NCBI GenBank assembly: GCA_965116495.1
Contig: OZ220696.1
Coordinates: forward strand, 1,600,001-1,664,000
Direction of reading: 5' to 3'
DNA: 64,000 nt
DNA from: Gammaproteobacteria bacterium
GTDB lineage: Bacteria; Pseudomonadota; Gammaproteobacteria; Eutrophobiales; Eutrophobiaceae
The position numbers and the translations under genes are program-made. This document shows, piece after piece, positions 9,652 through 19,291 of this stretch. Position 1 is the first letter of the stretch; every line of letters starts with the position of its first letter. The notes below the pieces were generated by a model. The model was not told the origin of the DNA. It saw nothing but the letters and a program-made list of their open reading frames with translations, and ran no database searches.

Positions 9652-10596
9652 ATGTCAGTTCGCATTCATCACACCTCTAAGCTCATCGTGAGCATGATTA
9701 TTATTATGCTGTGGTGCCAGGCCTGTGCAGCGGAACAGGAAGTAATAGAACCATTTGATATGGCAGCGCATTCCAGGACCCTGACCGTCAACGACCTGGA
9801 GTTTCCCGTGACTGTATACGGAGAAGGCCCTGCCGTCGTGTTCCTGCACGGTTTCCCTGATTCCCGTGAAGTCTGGCGCTACCAGGTACAGGCAGTTGCG
9901 GACGTCGGTTACCGTGTCATCGTCCCGGACCAGCGCGGGTTTGGCGATGCCGGCCGCCCGGATGGCGTTGAACACTACCGGATCCAGTTACTGGCCGCAG
10001 ATATCATCGGTATCATGGACCAGTTAGGCATTGACCGGGCCAGGCTGGTCGGCCATGACTTCGGGGCGGGCCTGGCCTGGTTCATGGCTGCCCATATACC
10101 GGAACGGTTCAGCCAGCTTGCCGTCATGTCGGTCGGCTCCTCGGGCAACTCCGGCTGGGATACCATCGAACAACGGGAGGCATCCTGGTATTTCGATTTC
10201 TTTAACAAGACCGATGTGGCGGAAACGGCTCTTACGGCAAATAACTGGGATTTCTTCAGGCGGCTGACCCGGCATAGTGGCGATCAGGACAGATTCATCA
10301 GGGATTTATCCCGTCCCGGCGCCTTGACCGCTGCCTTGAACTGGTATCGCGCCAATACCCGGGGCTGGGGCGGCCTGCACTCGGGTCTCAATTATCCGTT
10401 GATAGATAGGCCGGTGATGGGGATCTGGAGCAGCGCCGATCCTTTCCTCAAGGAAGCACAGATGCAGGGTTCCAGTATTAACGTGGGAGGCCCCTGGCGC
10501 TACGAACGGGTCGAAGGCGCAGGCCACTGGTTCATGCTGGAAAAACCCGCAACCGTGAACAGCCTGTTAATTGATTTTTTTGACGGTTTTCATTAA
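9652..10596 (+). CDS. Exported epoxide hydrolase-like alpha/beta hydrolase
   Basis: HGFP oxyanion motif, GHDFG Asp nucleophile, lid tyrosines in SWYF and NWYR, GAGHW; hydrophobic N-terminal signal. Confidence 0.8.
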   Translation: MSVRIHHTSKLIVSMIIIMLWCQACAAEQEVIEPFDMAAHSRTLTVNDLEFPVTVYGEGPAVVFLHGFPDSREVWRYQVQAVADVGYRVIVPDQRGFGDAGRPDGVEHYRIQLLAADIIGIMDQLGIDRARLVGHDFGAGLAWFMAAHIPERFSQLAVMSVGSSGNSGWDTIEQREASWYFDFFNKTDVAETALTANNWDFFRRLTRHSGDQDRFIRDLSRPGALTAALNWYRANTRGWGGLHSGLNYPLIDRPVMGIWSSADPFLKEAQMQGSSINVGGPWRYERVEGAGHWFMLEKPATVNSLLIDFFDGFH

Positions 10597-10612
10597 GTCA
10601 AACGAAACAAGC

Positions 10613-11305
10613 ATGTCGCAACCGGGTACAGGTCAAACAACAAGCGGTCAATTCTTCTGGGTTGCGGATAACGTCATAGCCAGTGACTTTCCTGATGTTT
10701 CGACCGCCCTGCGTCACCCGGACGGATTGCTGGCTATCGGCGGCAATCTCGAACCTGACACCCTGCTCAATGCTTACCGGCGCGGAATTTTTCCCTGGTA
10801 CAGCGAGGGCCAACCTGTTCTCTGGTGGTCGCCCGACCCGCGCTGCGTCCTGGAACCCGAGCAGGTGAAGATCAGCCGCAGCCTGGCGAAAACCCTGAAA
10901 AAGAAAAAATTCAAGGTGACGTTCAACCGGGCCTTTGCCGGCGTGGTACGGGGTTGCGCGGCCCCGCGCGCCGACGACACGAATACCTGGATAACGACCG
11001 ATATGGCCTCGGCCTATATAAAGTTACACAAGCTGGGACACGGCTTTTCGGCGGAATGCTGGCATAACGGCGTCTTGGCGGGCGGTCTCTATGGCGTGGT
11101 TATCGGCCGGGTTTTTTTCGGCGAATCCATGTTCAGCCGCATAACCGACGCATCCAAGGTTGCCCTGGTGAGCCTGACACAGATGCTGCACAAGCGCCGT
11201 TTCCGCCTTATCGACTGCCAGGTCCCTTCCAACCACCTGCTGGGTCTTGGGGCAAATTTGATTGAGCGGGATGTTTTTATCAATATCCTGAAGCATTACT
11301 GCTGA
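10613..11305 (+). CDS. aat: Leucyl/phenylalanyl-tRNA-protein transferase
   Basis: AYRRGIFPW, WWSPDPR, GGLYGV, FFGESMFS, DASKVAL. Confidence 0.93.
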   Translation: MSQPGTGQTTSGQFFWVADNVIASDFPDVSTALRHPDGLLAIGGNLEPDTLLNAYRRGIFPWYSEGQPVLWWSPDPRCVLEPEQVKISRSLAKTLKKKKFKVTFNRAFAGVVRGCAAPRADDTNTWITTDMASAYIKLHKLGHGFSAECWHNGVLAGGLYGVVIGRVFFGESMFSRITDASKVALVSLTQMLHKRRFRLIDCQVPSNHLLGLGANLIERDVFINILKHYC

Positions 11306-11389
11306 TGCAGGATATTTCACTAATGGATGCGGTCTGGTAAAACAGCCGTTTTTCAGACATAATCCCATTTTTTCTAACCGCGAGGAACC

Positions 11390-11608
11390 ATGCCTAAAGA
11401 AGATCAAATTGAAATGGAAGGGACGATAATCGAAACTCTGCCGAACACCATGTTCAGGGTAGAACTGGACAGCGGGCATATCATTATTGCCCACATATCC
11501 GGAAAAATGCGAAAAAACTATATCAGGATCCTCACGGGGGACCGTGTCACCGTTGAAATGACCCCTTATGACCTGTCAAAAGGCAGGATCACCTACCGCA
11601 ATCGATAA
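11390..11608 (+). CDS. infA: Translation initiation factor IF-1
   Basis: 72 aa; [31 protein letters not shown]. Confidence 0.98.
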   Translation: MPKEDQIEMEGTIIETLPNTMFRVELDSGHIIIAHISGKMRKNYIRILTGDRVTVEMTPYDLSKGRITYRNR

Positions 11609-11667
11609 AATTACGAATTACGAATTACGAATTACGAACAGTCCTAATTCCTAATTCGTAATTCCTG
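11609..11667. repeat. Inverted heptamer arrays (AATTACG)x4 and (AATTC[C/G]T)x3 between convergent infA and kdsB
   Basis: Directly visible; overlaps the last codons of kdsB; could fold as a bidirectional hairpin. Confidence 0.85.
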
Positions 11668-12406
11668 ACTGTATTTCTCTCTGCGCCAACTCGGCGTCTT
11701 CCGGCGTATTGATATCCAGGCCCGTTTCCGCAACTGCCCGTTCCATGTGGATGCGGAAACCATGGTACAGCGCCCGCAACTGTTCCAGCCGTTCCGTTAG
11801 TTCAAGTTCGCTCGCAGGCAGGCCCGCGTAGGTTTTCAGAAAATCGCAGGTGTAGGCATAAATGCCGATGTGCCGGCAGTCCGTGTCCCGTTCGCCGGCG
11901 CCGGGTGCGCGCCAGGGGATAGGTGAACGGCTGAAGAACAGCGCATAGCCCTGGCGGTCGACCACTACTTTGACGCAGTTAGGATTGTTCAGTTCATCCA
12001 TCGATTTAACGGGCGCATGCAGGCTTGCCATGGAGGCATCCCCGTGTTCGTCCAGGTTACGGGCAACCTGGTTGATCAATGCCGGCGGCAGATCAAGCTC
12101 ATCCCCCTGCACATTGACAATGATGCGCTCACCGGGCAACTGCAAGCGGGCAACGACCTCGGCAATACGGTCGGTCCCGGAACGGTGTGACGGTGAGGTC
12201 ATGACTACCCTGGCGCCGAAGCTGCGCGCAACGGCCTCGATCCTTTCATCGTCGGTGGCAATGATAACGTCGGCCGCATCGCTCCGGACGGCCGCCAGGT
12301 AGACGTGCTGCAACAACGGGCGCCCGCCGATGTTGATTAACGGTTTCCCCGGCAGGCGCGCGGCCGCGAACCTGGCAGGGATAATCACCAAAAAATCCCG
12401 TTTCAC
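11651..12406 (-). CDS. kdsB: 3-deoxy-manno-octulosonate cytidylyltransferase
   Basis: IIPARF...[34 protein letters not shown]. Confidence 0.95.
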   Translation of the reverse strand: MKRDFLVIIPARFAAARLPGKPLINIGGRPLLQHVYLAAVRSDAADVIIATDDERIEAVARSFGARVVMTSPSHRSGTDRIAEVVARLQLPGERIIVNVQGDELDLPPALINQVARNLDEHGDASMASLHAPVKSMDELNNPNCVKVVVDRQGYALFFSRSPIPWRAPGAGERDTDCRHIGIYAYTCDFLKTYAGLPASELELTERLEQLRALYHGFRIHMERAVAETGLDINTPEDAELAQREIQSGITN

Positions 12407-12594
12407 TTTCTGTAGTGTTCCACTTCTTCCCGGGTCAGGGTACGCGCATCGCTTTCCAGCATAATGGGAATATCATCGCGAACCGGATAAGCCAGGCGCG
12501 CGGCAACCGAAATCAACTCCTGTTTTGATTTGTCATAGATCAACGGACCCTTGGTTACAGGGCATACCAGGATATCAAGCAAATTCTTATCCAA
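12403..12594 (-). CDS. Trm112/YcaR family protein
   Basis: [14 protein letters not shown]...[13 protein letters not shown]; located between lpxK and kdsB. Confidence 0.9.
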   Translation of the reverse strand: MDKNLLDILVCPVTKGPLIYDKSKQELISVAARLAYPVRDDIPIMLESDARTLTREEVEHYRK

Positions 12595-13558
12595 GTCTCA
12601 CTTCCTCCAGTAATGATCTGAGTTTGCGTGCAAAAGTTTCGGGCAGTCTCACATCTATCGGCACATACCAGGCGTTCTCAAGCGCAAAGCGCCGGCATTT
12701 GACCGCGTCTTTCTCGGTCATCAGTACCGCGCCCGCATCGCTGAATTCAAGATCGGAGCGCCTGAAACCATAGTGGTCGGGAAACGCGTGTTGTTCAATA
12801 TTAATGCTATTCTGACGTAACAGGGAAAAAAATCGCTCCGGGTTACCGATAGCCGCAACGGCGTGTACCGTTTGTTGCGCGAACCGGGACAACTCCCTTT
12901 CCTGTCGCCCGTCCAGGGACTTTACCGTCATGCCGGTGTATTCCATGAGAAATTCACCTGCAGCGGCCTTGCCGCCGGTCACGATCAGGTCCACCGAATT
13001 CAGCCGGGACGGCGGTTCGCGTAACGGCCCGGCAGGAAGACAGTGGCGATTGCCGAAGCGACGCGCACCGTCGATGACGGCAATTTCAATATCCCTGCCC
13101 AGAGAGGTATGTTGCAGGCCGTCGTCACTCAGCAGGATATCGCAATCTGCCTGCCGCAGAAGTGCCTGCGCGGCTTTTACCCGGTCAGGCGCAACCATAA
13201 CCGGACATCCGGTGCGTTGCGCCAGTAATACCGGCTCATCGCCCACCAGGCCCGGGTCACTACCGGGGTCGACCCGGCGCGGCAGTTTTTCCGGGGCGCC
13301 GGCATAGCCTCTGCTGACGATGCCCGGTTTATACGCAAGGGATTGCAGGTAGCGGGCCAGCCAGATGACAAGCGGGGTTTTGCCGGTCCCGCCGACCGTC
13401 AGGTTACCCACAACGATGACCGGCGCTGCGAGCCTGCGAACGGGCAGGACGCCGGCCGCGTACATGAACCTGCGACAGGCCAGCGCCAGGCGGTATACCC
13501 AGCTCAACGGCACCAGTAGCACCGCCAACGGATGCCGGCCGTACCAGAGGGCTTCCAT
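12587..13558 (-). CDS. lpxK: Tetraacyldisaccharide 4'-kinase
   Basis: [34 protein letters not shown]; start set at MEALWY. Confidence 0.95.
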   Translation of the reverse strand: MEALWYGRHPLAVLLVPLSWVYRLALACRRFMYAAGVLPVRRLAAPVIVVGNLTVGGTGKTPLVIWLARYLQSLAYKPGIVSRGYAGAPEKLPRRVDPGSDPGLVGDEPVLLAQRTGCPVMVAPDRVKAAQALLRQADCDILLSDDGLQHTSLGRDIEIAVIDGARRFGNRHCLPAGPLREPPSRLNSVDLIVTGGKAAAGEFLMEYTGMTVKSLDGRQERELSRFAQQTVHAVAAIGNPERFFSLLRQNSINIEQHAFPDHYGFRRSDLEFSDAGAVLMTEKDAVKCRRFALENAWYVPIDVRLPETFARKLRSLLEEVRLG

Positions 13559-13583
13559 ATGGAACCGGAGCGAGATAATATTT

Positions 13584-14000
13584 CTATTCTTCCAGGACTC
13601 GTGTCGCAAAAGTGATGTTGACCAAGCCGTAGTGGCGCGCGGCATCCATCACCTTGATCACCGTCTGATGACTGACTTCAGCGTCGGCGCGGATAATCAC
13701 CGGTGGGTCGGTCAGTGCCTGCGCCTGTTCATTCAGCGCCGCGCCGATCGTCGGAACCCTGGTGTTTGCCAGGGGTTTATCACCAATATAAATCTGCTCG
13801 TTGGCGTCGATCCTGACCAGGATGAAATCCGGCTTTGTCTCCATCTGCTCTTCCGAGGCTTCCGGCAGGGTTATCTTGAGCTCCGATTCGCGTTCGAACG
13901 TGGTGGAAACCATAAAGAATATCAGCAGCAAAAACACCACGTCGATCAGCGGGGTGATATTGATGTCCGTTTCGCCCTGACGTTCTGAACGGAATTTCAC
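13584..14000 (-). CDS. exbD: Biopolymer transporter ExbD
   Basis: INITPLIDVVFLLLIFFMV. Confidence 0.9.
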   Translation of the reverse strand: MKFRSERQGETDINITPLIDVVFLLLIFFMVSTTFERESELKITLPEASEEQMETKPDFILVRIDANEQIYIGDKPLANTRVPTIGAALNEQAQALTDPPVIIRADAEVSHQTVIKVMDAARHYGLVNITFATRVLEE

Positions 14001-14605
14001 TCTCTCTCCCCGTGCATGACCTCGACCATTTTCAGCGCTTCCTGTTCCATGGTAACCACCAGTTCATCCACCCGCCCGCGGAAATAGCGGTAAAACATCA
14101 ATGATGGTATGGCCACAGTCAGGCCCACGGCTGTGGTAATCAGCGCTTCGGAAATGCCCTCGGCCAGGACACTCGGGTCACCGACACCCTGTGCGGTAAT
14201 AACGGCAAAGACCTTGATCATGCCGACAACGGTGCCCAGCAACCCCAGCAAGGGCGATATTGATGCAATGGTCCCCAGAGTATTCAGGTAACGTTCCAGG
14301 TCATGGGCCACGTGGCGTCCGACTTCCTCGATACTTTCCCTCATGACTTCCCGGTCGTGTTTCCTGTTGACCAGTCCCGCGGCAAGCACCCTTCCCAACG
14401 GTGAATCTCTCCTTAATTTCTCTACGTGATGCGCATTCAGCATCCCCTTTTTATTCCATTCCCACACCCTGAGAACCAGGTTGGACGAGATGATCCGTTT
14501 CGTCTGCAATGACCAGAAGCGTTCGGCAATAATTGCCAGTGAAATGATCGAGCACAGCAGCAACGGCCATATCAAAAAGCCCCCGGATTTAATTAATTCA
14601 AGCAC
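13997..14605 (-). CDS. exbB: MotA/TolQ/ExbB proton channel protein
   Basis: SPLLGLLGTVVGMI, GISEALITTAVGL; GTG start after AGGAGG. Confidence 0.88.
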   Translation of the reverse strand: MLELIKSGGFLIWPLLLCSIISLAIIAERFWSLQTKRIISSNLVLRVWEWNKKGMLNAHHVEKLRRDSPLGRVLAAGLVNRKHDREVMRESIEEVGRHVAHDLERYLNTLGTIASISPLLGLLGTVVGMIKVFAVITAQGVGDPSVLAEGISEALITTAVGLTVAIPSLMFYRYFRGRVDELVVTMEQEALKMVEVMHGERE

Positions 14606-14712
14606 GCAATCCTCCTGCTTAACCACTCAACGTAACGTCAACAAGGGCTCGCACGGCAGCCTCCGGAACCATTTTCCGGCAAACGTCGCCATCTCCCGAG
14701 TGTAGCATCATA

Positions 14713-17037
14713 TTATGACCCGTCATGATGGCCCATACTATTCGGCACAGTATGCCAGAATCGGCGTTGTTTTTCCCTATGCATCGTCACTTCCGGTCCG
14801 GCCGGGGACGCGCGGATCCGGATCGCGCCGTTCTCCGCTGTGCTCAACAACCTGGTCCCGTATTCCCGGTAACGGGAAATTATATCCTGGTTGGGCAGGT
14901 TGAAACGGTTCCTGTAACCCACCGGGAATATTGCGATATCCGGAGAAACGGCCCTGATAAAATCCCGCGTTGAAGAGGTCTTGCTGCCGTGATGGGGCAC
15001 CACGAGCACATCCGCGCGCAACCCGGCGCCATGGCGTTGCACCAGGCTCCGTTCAGCGCTCCTCTCGATGTCTCCGGACAACAACAGGGTCAGGTTGCGC
15101 GCACTGATGCGCACCACACAGGAGCTATTATTGGCGGACAGGTTCATGGCTTCAACAGGATGTAACACCTGGAACCGGACGCCGTCCCAGTACCAGGACT
15201 GGCCGTCAAGACAATCCCGCGCCTGCTGGTGCGGTATCAGGTCCGGCACGCTGCTGATGGCCCGGGATATGGGTATATCACCAACAAGACCTGTTAACCC
15301 GCCGATATGATCATTATCGCCATGACTTTGCACCAGCAGGTCCAGCGCGTTGATGCCCGAATTTCGCAGAAAAGGCATTACCACTGCGGCGCCCGTATTA
15401 AAACCGGAAGGATAAGCCGGACCGGTGTCGTACAGCAGGTTGTGTTTTTGTGTGCTCACGACCACGGCAAGCCCCTGCCCTACGTCCAGTACGGTCATGC
15501 TGACTTCGCCGAATGACGGCCCCGGTTTGCCGGGGAAAAACAAGGGGGCAAGCCAGATCAATCCCAGCCACCTCGATGTTATTCCACGGGGCAGCAGCAG
15601 GATCAGTATGCCTGCACTGGTGACAATCAGGGTGATCAGGCCGGGACGGACGATGGAGAGCAACTGGAATTCCCAGGCCGTGAATAAATTCAGTGTCCAC
15701 CAGAAAACGTGCAGGGACGCCAGTGCAAGCTCCAGCAGCAAATCCACCCGGATGAACAACAGCATGGAACCGCCGAGGACGAGAGGTATGACGACAAAGC
15801 TGACCCACGGCACTGCGAACATATTCGCAAACAGGCTGAATAACGGGAACTGCTGGTAATATAATGCCAGCGCCGGCAACAGACCTATACTGACTACGTA
15901 CTGGACCCTGCCCCATTCCTGCAGCCGGTGAAGCCGTGGCTGAACCCGGTAGCCGACACCGTAAAGTATCACTGCTACGGCGCAGAAGGAGAGCCAGAAA
16001 CTGGCCGACATGGGAGCAAACGGGTCAATTATCAGGACCGCGAACAACGCTATTCCAAGCACGTCAAACGATACCATTGTCCGGTCCCATAACTTCATAC
16101 CGAAATACACCCAGACCATGACCAGCGCGCGTTGCGTGGGCAGTGAAAAGCCGGCCAGCAACGCATACACCAAAGCAACGAACATCGCTGCCGCTGCCGC
16201 CGGCCTGAGGGCGGGAATATCAGCGAGAGGCGCCGGCATGAATAACCGCAACGAACCCCAGACCGGCAACGCCAACAGGTAGACAAGGCCCGCCACCAGG
16301 CCGATATGCAAGCCGGATATGGCAATGAGGTGATTGGTGCCGGTTGCCGTCAACACCCGCCAGTGTGCATCGCCGAGGCCACTCCTGTCCCCGACAGCCA
16401 ACGCGGGGATAAACCCGGCCAGTGTATCGGCGGGGAATACCTCCCGGATTTTGTTTCTTATTACAAACCGCAGGAAGTCGGGATTGAACCCGGCAGCCTC
16501 GTGCAGCCTGGCATTGTTCTGATCATCTACAACGTATCCCGTTGCCCGCAAGCGGTTCTGAAACAACCAGGACTCATAATCGAAGCCGCCGGGATTCATG
16601 TATCCGTGGGGCCTCTTCAGCTTTACCCTGAGGCGCCAGGTCTCACCGGGCTGCAATGGTTGGTGGCCTTCATACCAGCTCAACCTTACCCTGCCGGGAT
16701 TTGCTGTAACCGGCCGGCCTTTGTGCGTGAGTTTGTCTATACGGAAATTGAAGCGGACGGAATGGGCATTGGTCTCGGGGAGTGAGACAACCGTCCCCTC
16801 GGCGTACAGCGCCCTGCCTTCGTTCCGGGGCAGTATTTCATGGTTCAACAACAGGTGGGCATTCAACAGCGCCCAGAGAAAACCGGCGGCGACCAGGCAC
16901 GGAAATCGGCACCGGCTATACCGCCAGCCCAGGTAAATAACCGGCGGCAACCCGAATGCGAACCAGAAATGGGGCAATACGGGCAGGCGGGTACAGATAA
17001 TAACGCCTGAGAGAAATAACAATCCCTTGAAGAACAC
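14713..17037 (-). CDS. comEC: DNA internalization competence protein ComEC/Rec2
   Basis: NPGGFDY, HLIAISGLHIG, DVGQG, SHGDNDHIGG, PHHGSKTSS. Confidence 0.93.
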   Translation of the reverse strand: MFFKGLLFLSGVIICTRLPVLPHFWFAFGLPPVIYLGWRYSRCRFPCLVAAGFLWALLNAHLLLNHEILPRNEGRALYAEGTVVSLPETNAHSVRFNFRIDKLTHKGRPVTANPGRVRLSWYEGHQPLQPGETWRLRVKLKRPHGYMNPGGFDYESWLFQNRLRATGYVVDDQNNARLHEAAGFNPDFLRFVIRNKIREVFPADTLAGFIPALAVGDRSGLGDAHWRVLTATGTNHLIAISGLHIGLVAGLVYLLALPVWGSLRLFMPAPLADIPALRPAAAAAMFVALVYALLAGFSLPTQRALVMVWVYFGMKLWDRTMVSFDVLGIALFAVLIIDPFAPMSASFWLSFCAVAVILYGVGYRVQPRLHRLQEWGRVQYVVSIGLLPALALYYQQFPLFSLFANMFAVPWVSFVVIPLVLGGSMLLFIRVDLLLELALASLHVFWWTLNLFTAWEFQLLSIVRPGLITLIVTSAGILILLLPRGITSRWLGLIWLAPLFFPGKPGPSFGEVSMTVLDVGQGLAVVVSTQKHNLLYDTGPAYPSGFNTGAAVVMPFLRNSGINALDLLVQSHGDNDHIGGLTGLVGDIPISRAISSVPDLIPHQQARDCLDGQSWYWDGVRFQVLHPVEAMNLSANNSSCVVRISARNLTLLLSGDIERSAERSLVQRHGAGLRADVLVVPHHGSKTSSTRDFIRAVSPDIAIFPVGYRNRFNLPNQDIISRYREYGTRLLSTAENGAIRIRASPAGPEVTMHREKQRRFWHTVPNSMGHHDGS

Positions 17038-17124
17038 GATACGCTCCCTGTTATGTAATCAGATTTCAACTATTGAGAATATCATCTCCCCGGCGGGTTC
17101 ACCAACCCCGGGTTTACATCACCT

Positions 17125-17294
17125 CAGGGCAAACGCATACATTGTGAATTAAGGCTATCGTCATCCCGGCGCAAGCCGGAATCTAGTCGAAAATTGCTTC
17201 ATTGTTTATGATAATGACCTCTTGTCCACTGGATTCCGGCTTGCGCCGGAATGACGCAACGAGTTTCCCGATTCAAAAGTATGCGTTTGCCCTG
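17125..17294. mobile_element. 170-bp non-autonomous MITE with ISAs1-like ends and a 10-bp target-site duplication
   Basis: Terminal IRs CAGGGCAAACGCATAC / GTATGCGTTTGCCCTG; exact flanking direct repeat TACATCACCT (17115-17124, 17295-17304); internal CGTC-type REP doublet. Confidence 0.85.
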
Positions 17295-17298
17295 TACA

Positions 17299-17982
17299 TC
17301 ACCTGGCATGTAATCTTCCCTCGCTCAACTCATACACCTTGTCCAGACTATCCAGCAGCCGGGTATTATGTGTGACCATGACCAGGCTGATACCGCGTGC
17401 CTTGTTCAGTTCCAGCATGACCGAAAAAACCCGGTTTGCGGTCTGTTCATCCAGGTTGCCGGTGGGTTCATCCGCCAGGATGCAGCGGGGCCGGTTCACC
17501 AGCGCCCGGGCGATTGCTGCCCGTTGACGTTCTCCTCCCGATAATTCTCCAGGTTTATGTTGCAGGCGCTGTTTTAATCCCACCTGCGCCAGCATATCAA
17601 GCGCGGCATCCCTGGCTGTCTGCGGGGTCTCTCCTCTCACCAGCAATGGCAGCGCCACGTTCTCCAGGGCAGTAAATTCCTGCAGCAAGTGATGGAACTG
17701 GTAGATAAAACCCAGTTTCCGGTTACGCAAACGGCTGATTTCCAGGTCAGACAGCGCCGCCAGGGAGACGCCGTCCAGCGTCACTTCACCGGCGCTGGGC
17801 TTGTCCAGTCCACCCAGCAGGTGCAGCAGGGTACTCTTGCCGGAACCGGAGGAACCGGCGATCCCTATGCAACTGCCGTCCGGGACTTCCAGGTCGACAC
17901 CTTTCAACACCTCGACATGGAGATTTCCTTCACTGAAGGTCTTCCTCAACCCGGAACAGGCCAGGGCGAGCGCTTTACTCAT
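17299..17982 (-). CDS. lolD: Lipoprotein-releasing ABC transporter ATPase
   Basis: [46 protein letters not shown]; ATG overlaps the upstream stop. Confidence 0.95.
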   Translation of the reverse strand: MSKALALACSGLRKTFSEGNLHVEVLKGVDLEVPDGSCIGIAGSSGSGKSTLLHLLGGLDKPSAGEVTLDGVSLAALSDLEISRLRNRKLGFIYQFHHLLQEFTALENVALPLLVRGETPQTARDAALDMLAQVGLKQRLQHKPGELSGGERQRAAIARALVNRPRCILADEPTGNLDEQTANRVFSVMLELNKARGISLVMVTHNTRLLDSLDKVYELSEGRLHAR

Positions 17983-19228
17983 AGCGCAGCGCCTCGGCAG
18001 GTTGAGTCCGTGCCGCCCGCCAGGCCGGGTACAAGGTCGCCAGTACGGCAAACAGAAAGGCTGCTCCCGCCGTCACAAAAACGTCCGTCCAGTACAAGTC
18101 GGAAGGAAATTCACTGATGAAATACACCTCGGGCGATAAAAATTTCAACTGCAGCAAATGCTCTATCCCTGCTACGATAGTATCTATGTTGCCGGCCAGG
18201 CCGACTCCGCCGGCCACGCCGAGGACGATGCCCGCGCCACCCAGCGCCGCGCCCTGGATGATAAAAATCTTCATGACATCCCTAGGAGTCACGCCCATAG
18301 TGCGCAGTACGGCAATATCGGCCTGTTTATCCGTCACCATCATCATCAGGGTTGAGATGATATTGAAGGTCGCCACGGCAATGATCAGGACCAGTATGAC
18401 GAACATCATCTTCTTTGTCATTTGTATCGAATGAAAGTAATTCACGTGTCTCTGAGTCCAGTCGATAACACCGTAGCGGCCGGGCACGCCTTGAAGCGCT
18501 GCCCTGCTGATAGCGGGCGCCCGCATCACATCGGTGGTCTTCAGGCGCAGACCGGTGGGATAGTCCGTGCGAAAAAACCGCGCGGCATCGTCCAGGTGGG
18601 TAAACACGATGGTGCTGTCAAATTCGTACATGTCGGTGTCGTAGACCCCGACGATGGTGAACCGTTTAAGCCTGGGGATAATCCCTGCGGGGGTGATCAT
18701 GGCAGCGGGAGAGACCAGCGTGACCCTGTCCCCCGGGTCTGCATGCAGCATCTCCATCAGGTCCGCGCCCAGGACAAGTCCGAATTCTCCCGGCGCCAGC
18801 GCATGCAGGTCGCCGGTGATTATTTTTTCCGGGATGAATGACACCTGCGGTTCCGCTCCAGGCAGGATTCCCCGCACCAGCACACCCTTGACCTGCTCGT
18901 TCAGGGTCACCATGCCCTCAGACTCCATGTATGGGGCCACGCCGCTGACTCCCGGATGCTGCCGCACCCGGTCCGCGACCTCTTCCCAGTCCTGCAGTGA
19001 ACTGCCATAACCGATGACGCTGGCTTCGGCTTCCATGCCGATGAGATGTTCGGTCAGGACTCTCTCAAAGCCGTTGACCACCGACAGGACGGTTGTCAAT
19101 ACGATGACACCCAGGGCGATACTCATCACTGAAACCAGGGAGATAAATGAAATAAACCGGTTACGCCGTTTGGACATGACGTAACGCAAACCGATAAAGA
19201 CCTGGTATGAGCGAAATAATCTATTCAT
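17975..19228 (-). CDS. Lipoprotein-releasing ABC transporter permease (LolC/E family)
   Basis: [28 protein letters not shown]-terminal PAEALRYE. Confidence 0.92.
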   Translation of the reverse strand: MNRLFRSYQVFIGLRYVMSKRRNRFISFISLVSVMSIALGVIVLTTVLSVVNGFERVLTEHLIGMEAEASVIGYGSSLQDWEEVADRVRQHPGVSGVAPYMESEGMVTLNEQVKGVLVRGILPGAEPQVSFIPEKIITGDLHALAPGEFGLVLGADLMEMLHADPGDRVTLVSPAAMITPAGIIPRLKRFTIVGVYDTDMYEFDSTIVFTHLDDAARFFRTDYPTGLRLKTTDVMRAPAISRAALQGVPGRYGVIDWTQRHVNYFHSIQMTKKMMFVILVLIIAVATFNIISTLMMMVTDKQADIAVLRTMGVTPRDVMKIFIIQGAALGGAGIVLGVAGGVGLAGNIDTIVAGIEHLLQLKFLSPEVYFISEFPSDLYWTDVFVTAGAAFLFAVLATLYPAWRAARTQPAEALRYE

Positions 19229-19244
19229 ATCTCAACGCCTCCGC
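19221..19244 (-). pseudogene. Remnant 3' end (AEALRYE*) of a LolC/E-type gene
   Basis: GCG GAG GCG TTG AGA TAT GAA TAG overlapping the ATG at 19228. Confidence 0.6.
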
Positions 19245-19248
19245 CAAA

Positions 19249-19273
19249 GGGGACGGAATTGAATTCCGTCCCC
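19249..19273. repeat. GGGGAC-type REP palindrome
   Basis: GGGGACGGAATTGAATTCCGTCCCC; relatives at 22236-22260, 25148-25202, 42429-42452 and 55688-55711. Confidence 0.8.
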
Positions 19274-19291
19274 GGCCGTACCCTGCCGAGT

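Noticed and set aside
13559-13583. Missing msbA between exbD and lpxK as an anomaly
   Set aside because: The exbB-exbD-lpxK-ycaR-kdsB order without msbA also occurs in pseudomonads
17983-18051. N-terminal extensions given by the ORF track for lolD (similarly gcvH, lpxK, moaB, tsaB, parC)
   Set aside because: They overlap neighbouring genes or repeats; downstream starts fit the family N-termini and RBSs better
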